This document shows positions 21,993 through 33,170 of a DNA stretch of 33,170 nucleotides, piece after piece. Each line of letters starts with the position of its first letter. The first letter of the stretch is position 1. This stretch comes from a bacterium (lineage in GTDB: Bacteria > Desulfobacterota > DSWW01): positions 1-33,170 of the forward strand of contig JBFLZG010000079.1 in NCBI GenBank assembly GCA_040756235.1, read 5' to 3'. Under the pieces are notes generated by a model. It searched no databases. It was not told the DNA's origin and saw nothing but the letters and a program-made list of their open reading frames with translations. Made by a program: the position numbers and the translations under genes.

Positions 21993-23064
21993 TGAAAGTG
22001 TGCTGCTCCGCGGGAGCGAGGTGATCGGTGAAGCGGCCCTGCGGGCGGGTTGCCGCTGTTATTTCGGATACCCGATTACGCCGCAGAACGAGCTGCCGGA
22101 ATACATGGCGAGAAGAATGGCTGAAGTGGAAGGCGCCACTTTCCTGCAGAGCGAAAGCGAGTTGGCCGGGATCAACATGGTTTTCGGCGCCTCCATCGCC
22201 GGCACCCGCGTGATGACCTCCTCTTCGAGCCCCGGGATCAGTCTGATGCAGGAGGGAATTTCCTATCTGGCCGCCTGTGAGCTGCCCGCCGTCATCGTGA
22301 ACATCATCCGCGGCGGCCCCGGGCTCGGCAACATTGCCCCTGCCCAATCGGATTACTTCCAGGCCACCCGAGGGGGGGGTCATGGGGATTATCGCTGCAT
22401 CGTACTCGCCCCGGCCTATCTGCAGGAGGCGGCCGATCTCACTTACATGGCCTTCGACTTGGCAGACGAGTATCGAACGCCCGTGATCCTGCTGGGAGAC
22501 GGGATGATGGGGCAGATGATGGAACCGGTGGTGCTCCCGCCTTTCCGGAAGGAGCTTCCGGCAAAAGAGTGGGCTCTTCAGGGCGCCGGGGACGGACCCA
22601 GCCGGTTTCTTAGGAGTCTCCTTCTGGACGTCTATGTCCTGGAAGACCACAACTGGAAGCTCTACCGCAAATATGAGCGAATCGCGAGCAAGGAGGTGCG
22701 GTTCGAGGAATTCGAGACGGACGATGCCGAGCTCGTGGTGGTGGCGTACGGGACCGCAGCACGAATCGCCAAGGGTGCGGTGAAGCGCCTGCGCTCGAAA
22801 GGCATGAGAATCGGCCTTTTCCGTCCGATCACCCTGTGGCCTTTCCCGGCAGACCGCCTGCGCAGAGTTGCGGAGCAAGCGGCGCGGTTCTTCGTCTTCG
22901 AGTTTTCGACGGGTCAGATGGTGGAGGACGTCCGGCTGGCTCTGGAGGGCAAGAGGAAAATCGACTTGTACGGCAGGCCCGGAGGCGTGGTGATCACGCC
23001 GGTCGAGCTCTCCCGCATCATTGCCCGGAAGTACTACGGGCTGCAGCAAGAGGCGAAGAAATGA
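21982..23064 (+). CDS. vorB: 2-oxoacid:ferredoxin oxidoreductase alpha subunit (VorB-like, 2-ketoisovalerate type)
   Basis: [42 protein letters not shown] start at 21982; substrate specificity is inferred. Confidence 0.88.
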   Translation: MKNDESVLLRGSEVIGEAALRAGCRCYFGYPITPQNELPEYMARRMAEVEGATFLQSESELAGINMVFGASIAGTRVMTSSSSPGISLMQEGISYLAACELPAVIVNIIRGGPGLGNIAPAQSDYFQATRGGGHGDYRCIVLAPAYLQEAADLTYMAFDLADEYRTPVILLGDGMMGQMMEPVVLPPFRKELPAKEWALQGAGDGPSRFLRSLLLDVYVLEDHNWKLYRKYERIASKEVRFEEFETDDAELVVVAYGTAARIAKGAVKRLRSKGMRIGLFRPITLWPFPADRLRRVAEQAARFFVFEFSTGQMVEDVRLALEGKRKIDLYGRPGGVVITPVELSRIIARKYYGLQQEAKK

Positions 23065-23810
23065 AGAAGGTGATCGGTCGACCCGCGCTCCTCAAAGACG
23101 CGCCCTTTCATTACTGCCCCGGATGCGGCCACAGCACCATTCACCGTCTGGTCGCCGAAATCATCGAGGAGCTGGGCATCCGCGGCAAGACGATCGGAAT
23201 CCCGCCATGCGGGTGCGCTGTCCTTGCATACTACTACCTGGACATCGACATGGTGGAAGCGGCGCACGGTAGAGGTACGGCCGTTGCCACGGGAATCAAG
23301 AGGTGCTTGCCGGATCGGGTGGTCTTCACCTACCAGGGCGACGGGGATCTGGCGGCCATCGGAACGGCCGAGTTGATCCACGCGGCCAATCGGGGCGAGT
23401 CCATCACCACGATCTTCGTCAACAACGGGGTCTACGGAATGACCGGCGGCCAGATGGCGCCCACGACCCTCCTCGGGCAGAAGACGACCACGACGCCGTT
23501 CGGCAGGTCCACCGGCAACGACGGGCCGCCCATCAAGCTCTGCGAGCTTCTTTCCACCCTCGAGAGGACAGTGTATCTGGCCAGAGGCAGTGTCCATTCG
23601 GCCAAGGAAATTCAAAAAACCAAACGATACATACGGGATGCCTTCCAGACGCAGCTCGAGGGCAAGGGTTTCTCCATGGTGGAGATTCTTTCCCCCTGTC
23701 CGTCCAACTGGAAGCTTTCGCCCGTGGAAAGCTGCAAGTGGATCGACAAAGAGATGCGGACTCACTTCCCGCTCGGCATCGTCAAGAGCGATCGGACGGA
23801 GCAGAAATGA
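23061..23810 (+). CDS. 2-oxoacid:ferredoxin oxidoreductase beta (TPP-binding) subunit
   Basis: [12 protein letters not shown]...[23 protein letters not shown] overlap with the alpha gene. Confidence 0.92.
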   Translation: MKKVIGRPALLKDAPFHYCPGCGHSTIHRLVAEIIEELGIRGKTIGIPPCGCAVLAYYYLDIDMVEAAHGRGTAVATGIKRCLPDRVVFTYQGDGDLAAIGTAELIHAANRGESITTIFVNNGVYGMTGGQMAPTTLLGQKTTTTPFGRSTGNDGPPIKLCELLSTLERTVYLARGSVHSAKEIQKTKRYIRDAFQTQLEGKGFSMVEILSPCPSNWKLSPVESCKWIDKEMRTHFPLGIVKSDRTEQK

Positions 23811-24343
23811 TTTCCAAGGCGATCTTTGCCGGATTCGGAGGACAGGGGATCCTCATGATGGGCTACACCCTGGCCTATGCAGCCATGAAAGAAGACCGGC
23901 ACGTGACGTATCTGCCTTCGTACGGTGCCGAGGTGCGGGGGGGAACGGCCAACTGCACCATTGCCGTTGGAAACGAGGACATCGCCTCTCCGATCGCGTC
24001 CGCGCCGGATTTTCTCGTCCTCATGAACGCCCCTTCTCTAGATCGTTTTCAGAGCTGCCTGCGCAAAGGGGGTCGATGTCTGGTCAACACCTCTCTGATT
24101 CATGAAAAGGTCTCCCGGCGCGACATCCGGGTCTACGAGGTGCCTGCGACCGAGAAGGCGGAACAGCTCGGAGACATCCGAGCCGCAAACATGGTCATGC
24201 TGGGGGCTTTTCTAAAAGTTGCCGAGTTGGTGCGCCCCGAGACCGTGCTTGCCGTCATCGAGCGGAATTTCGCGAAAAGACCCGAGCTGTTGGAAAGGAA
24301 CCGGCAGGCCTTCTGGGAGGGGTATCATGCAATCGGGGCGTGA
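23807..24343 (+). CDS. 2-oxoacid:ferredoxin oxidoreductase gamma subunit
   Basis: [29 protein letters not shown] overlap with the beta gene. Confidence 0.92.
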   Translation: MISKAIFAGFGGQGILMMGYTLAYAAMKEDRHVTYLPSYGAEVRGGTANCTIAVGNEDIASPIASAPDFLVLMNAPSLDRFQSCLRKGGRCLVNTSLIHEKVSRRDIRVYEVPATEKAEQLGDIRAANMVMLGAFLKVAELVRPETVLAVIERNFAKRPELLERNRQAFWEGYHAIGA

Positions 24344-24353
24344 GGAGAAAGCG

Positions 24354-24785
24354 ATGCCGGTCATCAAGCAGATCACCGTCCGGATGCCGAACCGTCCGGG
24401 ATCGTTGCATGCGATCACGGAGGTCCTGAAGCACGAAGGGGTCAACATCCGGGCCATGGATGTCGTCGAAGTGGGGCAGGACGCGCTGGCCAGGTTGATG
24501 GTGGACGACCCGGAGCTTGCAGGCAATGCCCTCTCCAGCAAGGGAGTCGATTTCGAGCAGACGGAGGTGATCCCGATCGAAGTGCCCGATCATCCAGGGG
24601 GCCTGCACGCGGTCCTGAGCGCACTCAAAGAGGCGCACATCAATGTCCTGCAGCTTTACAGTTATCTGGGCCGGTCCGGGCCCCACGCCATCCTCATCCT
24701 CGCCGCAGACAAACCCGAGGAGGCGAAAGCCGTCCTCAAGAAGAACTGGGTGCATGTCTTTGGCGAAGAGGTCTACGGACTCTGA
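24354..24785 (+). CDS. Tandem ACT-domain (amino-acid-binding) protein
   Basis: KQITVRMPNRPGSL and EVPDHPGGLHAVL repeats; GAGGAG RBS; 143 aa. Confidence 0.88.
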   Translation: MPVIKQITVRMPNRPGSLHAITEVLKHEGVNIRAMDVVEVGQDALARLMVDDPELAGNALSSKGVDFEQTEVIPIEVPDHPGGLHAVLSALKEAHINVLQLYSYLGRSGPHAILILAADKPEEAKAVLKKNWVHVFGEEVYGL

Positions 24786-24816
24786 CGGCGCCGCCCGAAA
24801 AGACCTGAATCGTACC

Positions 24817-24982
24817 GAGACTGTTGAGAAGTGGCCAGATGCAGGGCGCGCGAAATCCTGAGGAATGAGGCGTGCATGGCAGTACGCCGCAATGACCCCG
24901 GCCTTCGCCGGGGCAGGCTCCCCCGCCTCCATGCCGCGCCATGAGCGCAACGCCGCAGATGGCCGTTTATCGACAGTCTCTA
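24817..24982 (+). repeat. Structured repeat copy 5 with variant ends and nested module
   Basis: GAGACTGTTGAGAAGTGGCCA ... TGGCCGTTTATCGACAGTCTC-TA; module 24894-24940 is shared with copy 4. Confidence 0.9.
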
Positions 24983-25140
24983 CCCCGGGGAGGACCAGCC
25001 TCCAGGCATCACCAGCAGTCTTCGAGTCCTCGTCGATCAGGTTCTGCCCACATTCGAGTCTCTGCGAGAGCGGTGAGCCGATCCGCCGGCGGACGTTGCG
25101 AGAGGCGGCAGAGGGCGGATCGCCGAAGGGGATCGATCCG

Positions 25141-26403
25141 ATGGCTTCTTCGGAGATTTGCGACTCCGACGTTCTGATCGTCGGTGCGGGTCCTGCGGGC
25201 TGCGCGGCCGGCGTCCTGCTGGCCGCCCGGGGGCTGCGGGTCGAGATCGTGGAGAGGAGGATCGCCGGGCACCACAAGATCTGCGGCGATCTGCTGGGTC
25301 CTCGCACCCTTCACCTGCTCCAGGCTCTGGATCTGGGGTGGAGCCGGGAGCCGGCGCAAGGCTTCCCGATCGAAGGGATCTGCGTCTACGACGACGATCG
25401 GCTCAAGAGCGCCGCCCTGTTTCGCAGCAATACGCCGGAGCCGGGATGGGGCTTGACGCTCCGGCGCGACATCCTGGATGCTCATCTGCAGGAAAGGGCG
25501 CTCGCGAGCGGCTGCCGGATTTCGTTCGGCATCCGCTTCGAGAGGATCCAGGAGCGAAAGGAAGGCGCCGTCCTGTCGCGAGCCGTCGCGGTGGCGGGTG
25601 GCGCCGCGCGCATCTACCGGTCCAAAGTGGTCCTGGGTGCGGATGGCGCGGATTCCGCCGCCGCCCGATCCTCCGGCTTGCTGAACAGGGACCCGAAATC
25701 CCGGATCCTTGCGATCCGAGGATATTTCAGCCAGGTCCGCGGCTTGAGAAACGGCGTGGAGCTGTATTTCACGAGGCGCCTGCTGCCGGGGTACGCGTGG
25801 GTCATACCCCTGGGCGAAGACCTGGCCAACGTGGGGCTGGGGGTGCGCCAGGATGCGTGCGTGCAAAACGGACTGCGGCTGCAGCAGGAGCTCGTCCGCT
25901 TCGTGCGGGAGCACCCGTCCTTGTCGGCAAGGATGCGGAACGCGCGGCTGGTCGGGCGCGTCCAGGGTGCCGCCATCGGCGGATACGGGAGAGAAGCGAG
26001 GCGGTCCGGGCCCAACCTGTTGCTGCTGGGGGATGCCGCCAGCCTGGCGGATCCCATTTCCGGGGAGGGAGTTTTCGGCGCGTTGCGGAGCGCCCGGATG
26101 GCGGCCGGGACGGTGGCGGAGGCTTTCCGGGCGGATACCTTCTCGGCGGAGTTCCTTGCCCGGTTCGACGCAGGATGCAGGAAGTACTTCGATGCCGCCT
26201 ACCGGTACACGAATTTTCTGGCAGGGCTGCCCGGGGTGCGCGGCTTCGGCAGACCTCTGGCGCTCTGGGGGCTCAAACGCGTCGAGAAGAACTGCGTGGT
26301 CGATGTTCAGTACGCCAGAATGGTGGCAGGGTTTTTCACCGGCATGCTGCCGCGGGGAAGGATGCTGAGCGGGCACTGGCTCCGGAAGACCCTGATAGGT
26401 TGA
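25141..26403 (+). CDS. Geranylgeranyl reductase / MenJ-like FAD-dependent oxidoreductase
   Basis: GAGPAG, KICGD, GADG, GYAWVIP, GDAA..DPISGEG; start set at ATG 25141 because the longer ORF begins inside the repeat. Confidence 0.85.
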   Translation: MASSEICDSDVLIVGAGPAGCAAGVLLAARGLRVEIVERRIAGHHKICGDLLGPRTLHLLQALDLGWSREPAQGFPIEGICVYDDDRLKSAALFRSNTPEPGWGLTLRRDILDAHLQERALASGCRISFGIRFERIQERKEGAVLSRAVAVAGGAARIYRSKVVLGADGADSAAARSSGLLNRDPKSRILAIRGYFSQVRGLRNGVELYFTRRLLPGYAWVIPLGEDLANVGLGVRQDACVQNGLRLQQELVRFVREHPSLSARMRNARLVGRVQGAAIGGYGREARRSGPNLLLLGDAASLADPISGEGVFGALRSARMAAGTVAEAFRADTFSAEFLARFDAGCRKYFDAAYRYTNFLAGLPGVRGFGRPLALWGLKRVEKNCVVDVQYARMVAGFFTGMLPRGRMLSGHWLRKTLIG

Positions 26404-26428
26404 ATCAGAAGAACGGAAAGACACCCGC

Positions 26429-27605
26429 ATGAAGAAACGTGACAGGCAGCGAGCCCTGCTGGCCCTGGAAGACGGACGGGTGTTCGCAGGTTGGTCGTTC
26501 GGATCTTCCAGGGACGCGCTCGGGGAGGTCGTTTTCAACACGAGCATGACCGGCTATCAGGAGATCCTGACCGACCCTTCCTATACGGGCCAGCTGGTGA
26601 CGATGACCTATCCCCTGATCGGCAATTACGGGGTGAATCCGGAGGACGTCGAATCGCAGGTCCCGCAGGTCGAGGCCCTCATCGTGAGGGAGGCCTGCAA
26701 GGTCCCGAGCAACTGGCGCGCCACGATCTCCCTGGAGGAGTATCTTCAGGACAACGACATCCCGGGCATCGAGGGTATCGATACACGCTGCCTGACCAAG
26801 CACATCCGCACGGCCGGCGCCCTGAAGGCGGCCCTGTCTTCCGCAGTGCTCGATCCGGATGAGCTGGTCCGCAGAGCTCGGGCGTGGTCCGGCATGCTGG
26901 GTCTGGACCTGGTCTCGCGCGTGACCTGCCGGGAAGCCCGCCCGTGGCCGGAGCCGGGCAGGCTCTCCTCTTCCTGGATCAGGAGGAATCCCGGTCCGGG
27001 GGGGAGCGGCGGCCCGGGGTTCAGGGTCGTGGCCGTGGACTACGGGATCAAGTACAACATTCTCAGGATCCTGCAGAGCTTTGACTGCCAGCTGAGCGTG
27101 GTCCCCGCGACGACGAGCGCCGAGGAGATCCTCTCGCGGGATCCGGACGGGGTCTTCCTGTCCAACGGCCCCGGAGACCCGGCTGCGGTGACCTACGCCA
27201 TTGGGAACGTGGAGCGCCTGCTGGGGCGGGTCCCGGTGTTCGGGATCTGCCTGGGCCACCAACTTCTCGGGCTCGCCGCCGGAGGCAAGACGTTCAAGAT
27301 GAAGTTCGGGCACCGGGGGGCGAATCAGCCGGTCATGGAGCTCGAGACGGGCAAAGTGCAGATCACTTCTCAGAACCACGGATTCTGCGTGCAGCCCGAG
27401 ACGCTGGATGGCCGCGAGATACGGGTGACGCACGTGAACCTGAACGACCAGACCGTCGAGGGAATGGAATTCTTGAACATTCCAGCTTTTTCCGTGCAGT
27501 ACCATCCCGAGGCCTCTCCCGGCCCGCACGACAGCATGGGACTGTTCAGCAAATTCGTCTCCCTCATGAGAGAGTGGCAAGCTCGCAAGCCGATCGGAGT
27601 CTGCG

Positions 27606-27622
<17 letters not shown>
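26429..27622 (+). CDS. carA: Carbamoyl-phosphate synthase small subunit
   Basis: [40 protein letters not shown]. Confidence 0.98.
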
Positions 27623-30901
<3,279 letters not shown>

Positions 30902-30908
<7 letters not shown>

Positions 30909-31411
30909 GGGCCGGTCCCGACAGGCTCGGCTTCGCCTTTGCGGGGCTGGTACCGGGACGAGCCCCAGTATGCCCGGGCAATCCACCAGCAGAGGAAGAA
31001 GGTGCATACGGCCAGAAGGGCGCTCAGGGCAAGACTCCCCCAGAAGTAAGGAAGGAGGATCTCCCTGTAGATCGAGGTCCATTCAGGATCGCGCGCGAGG
31101 GTGCGCACCTCTTGGAGGGACAGGATCGATCCCTCGCCGCGAACCATCCAGCTCCCGAATTCCAGGCCGGCAAAGATGAGGAACGGGGCAAACCAGGGGT
31201 TGGAGACCAGGGTGCCGCAGAGGACGGCCGGGGTGTTGAGGCGCAGCAGCAGGGCGAACAGCAGGGCCAGGGCCGTGTGGAGGCCCCAGAACGGACTCGC
31301 CCCGCAGAAGACGCCGACTGCCGCCGAGAAGGCCAGCCTGCGCGGGTTTCGGTAGTCGCGCTGAATTGCGGCGGTCAAAGTGCTGCGGAATTTTCTGAAC
31401 CACGCTGCCAT
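30902..31411 (-). CDS. DUF2062-like membrane protein
   Basis: [28 protein letters not shown] and a C-terminal TM helix; start set at ATG 31411 (169 aa). Confidence 0.75.
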
Positions 31412-31512
31412 CCTGTCTTTCCTTTCAGCGGTTATAGCGGATCGACCCTTTTCGTGCAACCGTCCGCCGGGTGAGGGTCTGACCGGCAGACGCGGGCCTT
31501 TGTGAGGAAACC

Positions 31513-32799
31513 ATGAACACCACGAGATCCGAACGTGCGTTCCGAGAGGCGCTCGAAGTGTTGCCCGGCGGCGTGAACTCACCGGTGCGCGCTTTCCGGG
31601 CGGTAGGCGGTCGACCGATCTTCGTCAAGCGCGGGTTCGGCGCGAGAATCGAGGACATCGACGGCAACGTGTACGTGGACTATGTCTGCTCCTGGGGCCC
31701 CCTGATTCTCGGACATGCCCATCCGGCGGTGGTCGAGTCCCTGCAGGAGATCCTGCGACAGGGCACGACCTTCGGGATTCCCACCGAGCGGGAGACGGAT
31801 CTCGCCCGCATGGTGGCGCATGCGGTTCCGTCCATGGAGAAGGTCCGGTTCGTGAGCTCCGGCACCGAGGCGGCCATGAGCGCGATCCGGCTGGCCCGAG
31901 GGTTCACCGGGCGGACGAAGCTCATCAAGTTCGACGGATGCTACCACGGCCATTCGGATTCCCTGCTGGTCAAGGCCGGCTCCGGTGCGGCGACTTTCGG
32001 ATCCCCTGACAGCCCCGGGGTCCCGGCAAGCCTGGCCAGCGAGACGCTGGTCGTCCCCTACAACGACCTGGCGGCGGTGGAAAGCGTCATGGCTGCAAAC
32101 GGGAAGGAGGTCGCTGCGGTCCTGCTGGAGCCTGTTGCCGGGAACATGGGCCTCGTTCCTCCGCGCCGCGGGTTCCTGGAAGGGCTGCGCGAGGTGACGC
32201 GGCGCCACGGGGCGCTGCTGATCTTCGACGAGGTCATCACCGGTTTCCGCCTGGCGATGGGCGGGGCCCAGGAGCAGTACCGTGTGGTGCCGGACCTCAC
32301 GTGCCTGGGCAAGGTGGTGGGAGGAGGTCTGCCGGTGGGCGCCTTCGGCGGCAGAAGGGACATCATGAGCATGCTCTCCCCGGAGGGGCCCGTGTATCAG
32401 GCCGGAACACTCTCCGGCAATCCCCTGGCCATGGGGGCGGGCCTTGCAACCCTGCAGGTGCTCTCGCAGCCGGGCTTCTTTGCCGCCTTGAACGAGAAGG
32501 CGGGGCGATTCGTGGAGGGCCTGAAGGACGTGGCTGCCAAGACCGGGGCCCGGGTTCGAGTGCAGGCGGCGGGGTCTCTGTTCACCCTGTTCTTCCACAC
32601 CGATCCGGTGACGGACTTCGCCTCGGCCAGCCGGTGCGATCGGGAGCTCTTCGCCCGCTTTCATCAGATCCTGCTGGCGGAGGGCATCTACTGGCCGCCG
32701 AGCCAGTTCGAGACCTGCTTCGTTTCGGCCGCCCATGGAGAGGCTGAATTCCAGGCGACGCTCGATGCGGTCGGAAAGGCTTTGCGCGCGATCTCTTGA
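31513..32799 (+). CDS. hemL: Glutamate-1-semialdehyde 2,1-aminomutase
   Basis: PGGVNSPVRAF, SGTEAAMSAIR, YHGHSD, FDEVITGFR, LGKVVGGGLP (PLP Lys), YQAGTLSGNP. Confidence 0.98.
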   Translation: MNTTRSERAFREALEVLPGGVNSPVRAFRAVGGRPIFVKRGFGARIEDIDGNVYVDYVCSWGPLILGHAHPAVVESLQEILRQGTTFGIPTERETDLARMVAHAVPSMEKVRFVSSGTEAAMSAIRLARGFTGRTKLIKFDGCYHGHSDSLLVKAGSGAATFGSPDSPGVPASLASETLVVPYNDLAAVESVMAANGKEVAAVLLEPVAGNMGLVPPRRGFLEGLREVTRRHGALLIFDEVITGFRLAMGGAQEQYRVVPDLTCLGKVVGGGLPVGAFGGRRDIMSMLSPEGPVYQAGTLSGNPLAMGAGLATLQVLSQPGFFAALNEKAGRFVEGLKDVAAKTGARVRVQAAGSLFTLFFHTDPVTDFASASRCDRELFARFHQILLAEGIYWPPSQFETCFVSAAHGEAEFQATLDAVGKALRAIS

Positions 32800-32859
32800 G
32801 CAACCCCTGCGAGGGGCCGGCAGAGCCGGATTTTCGTCTCGGTTGCGCGTGCGTTTTGG

Positions 32860-32888
32860 TTGACTTTTGCCCGGCCTTTCCTTAGAAT
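32860..32888 (+). promoter_or_regulatory. Near-consensus sigma70 promoter downstream of hemL
   Basis: TTGACT-N17-TAGAAT. Confidence 0.7.
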
Positions 32889-32925
32889 CGCGTCTCTTTC
32901 CCGGGTAGGGATGGAGCTTTTTCGG

Positions 32926-33027
32926 CAAGGTGCGCCGCAATGCCGGGGTCAGGGGGGGAACGGGTTCGCTGCGCTCGCAACAGGCTCCCAAGACCTGTCC
33001 CACGGGCTCGATCTTGGGGACAGCCTC
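32926..33027 (+). repeat. Degenerate mosaic of repeat-family fragments
   Basis: CAAGGTGCGCCGCAATG (core-like); TTCGCTGCGCTCGCAACAGGCTCC (23/24 match to 7452-7475); right-end-like TTGGGGACAGCCTC. Confidence 0.65.
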
Positions 33028-33063
33028 TGCCTATTGAGAGGGCGTCGAAAAACACCTCTTAGA

Positions 33064-33170
33064 GAGGCTGGTGAGAGATGGCCGGATGCAAGGCGCGCGA
33101 GATCCTGAGGAACGAGGCGTACATGGCAGTACGCCGCAGTGACGAGGGATGAGCGCAACGCCGCAGATGG
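33064..33170 (+). repeat. Structured repeat copy 6 (right end clipped by window end)
   Basis: GAGGCTGGTGAGAGATGGCCGGATGCAAGGCGCGCG...GGCGTACATGGCAGTACGCC...GCAACGCCGCAGATGG, colinear with copies 1 and 2. Confidence 0.92.

Noticed and set aside
24865..25140. 92-aa N-terminal extension of the GGR-family ORF
   Set aside because: It starts inside repeat copy 5; the Rossmann motif follows ATG 25141 directly.
26986..27022. Palindromic in-frame insertion in carA
   Set aside because: It lies in the variable interdomain linker, is unrelated to the repeat family, and such pairing is expected at this GC content.
32817..32834. Intrinsic terminator after hemL (CCGGC-AGA-GCCGG-ATTTT)
   Set aside because: Only a 5-bp stem and a short interrupted U tract; too weak to call.

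Overview
GC-rich bacterial chromosome segment spanning the replication origin; gene order suggests Desulfobacterota/'Deltaproteobacteria' (inference). Left of ~21.3 kb all genes are on the - strand: dnaA-dnaN-gyrB-gyrA, a YprA/MrfA-type DUF1998 helicase, a YprB/MrfB-type DEDDh exonuclease-TPR protein, an LMW phosphatase, rsmG, a parS site, parA-parB and atpF'-F-H-A-G-D-C. Right of it genes are mostly on the + strand: a four-subunit 2-oxoacid:ferredoxin oxidoreductase (Vor-like), a double-ACT protein, a geranylgeranyl-reductase-family flavoprotein, carA-carB, a convergent DUF2062 gene and hemL. The most striking non-coding signal is a ~125-bp dispersed repeat (six + strand copies plus fragments). 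By hand it folds into one long rod with several compensatory base changes, G.T wobbles and repeated tandem G.A/A.G pairs that form on one strand only. Three copies abut the TAG stops of parB, parA and gyrA, two are bracketed by CTAG, and three carry nested REP-like modules. DnaA appears to lack domains I/II, and recF and the rpmH...mnmG block are absent from this origin region. All folds and alignments were done by eye; no database searches were run.
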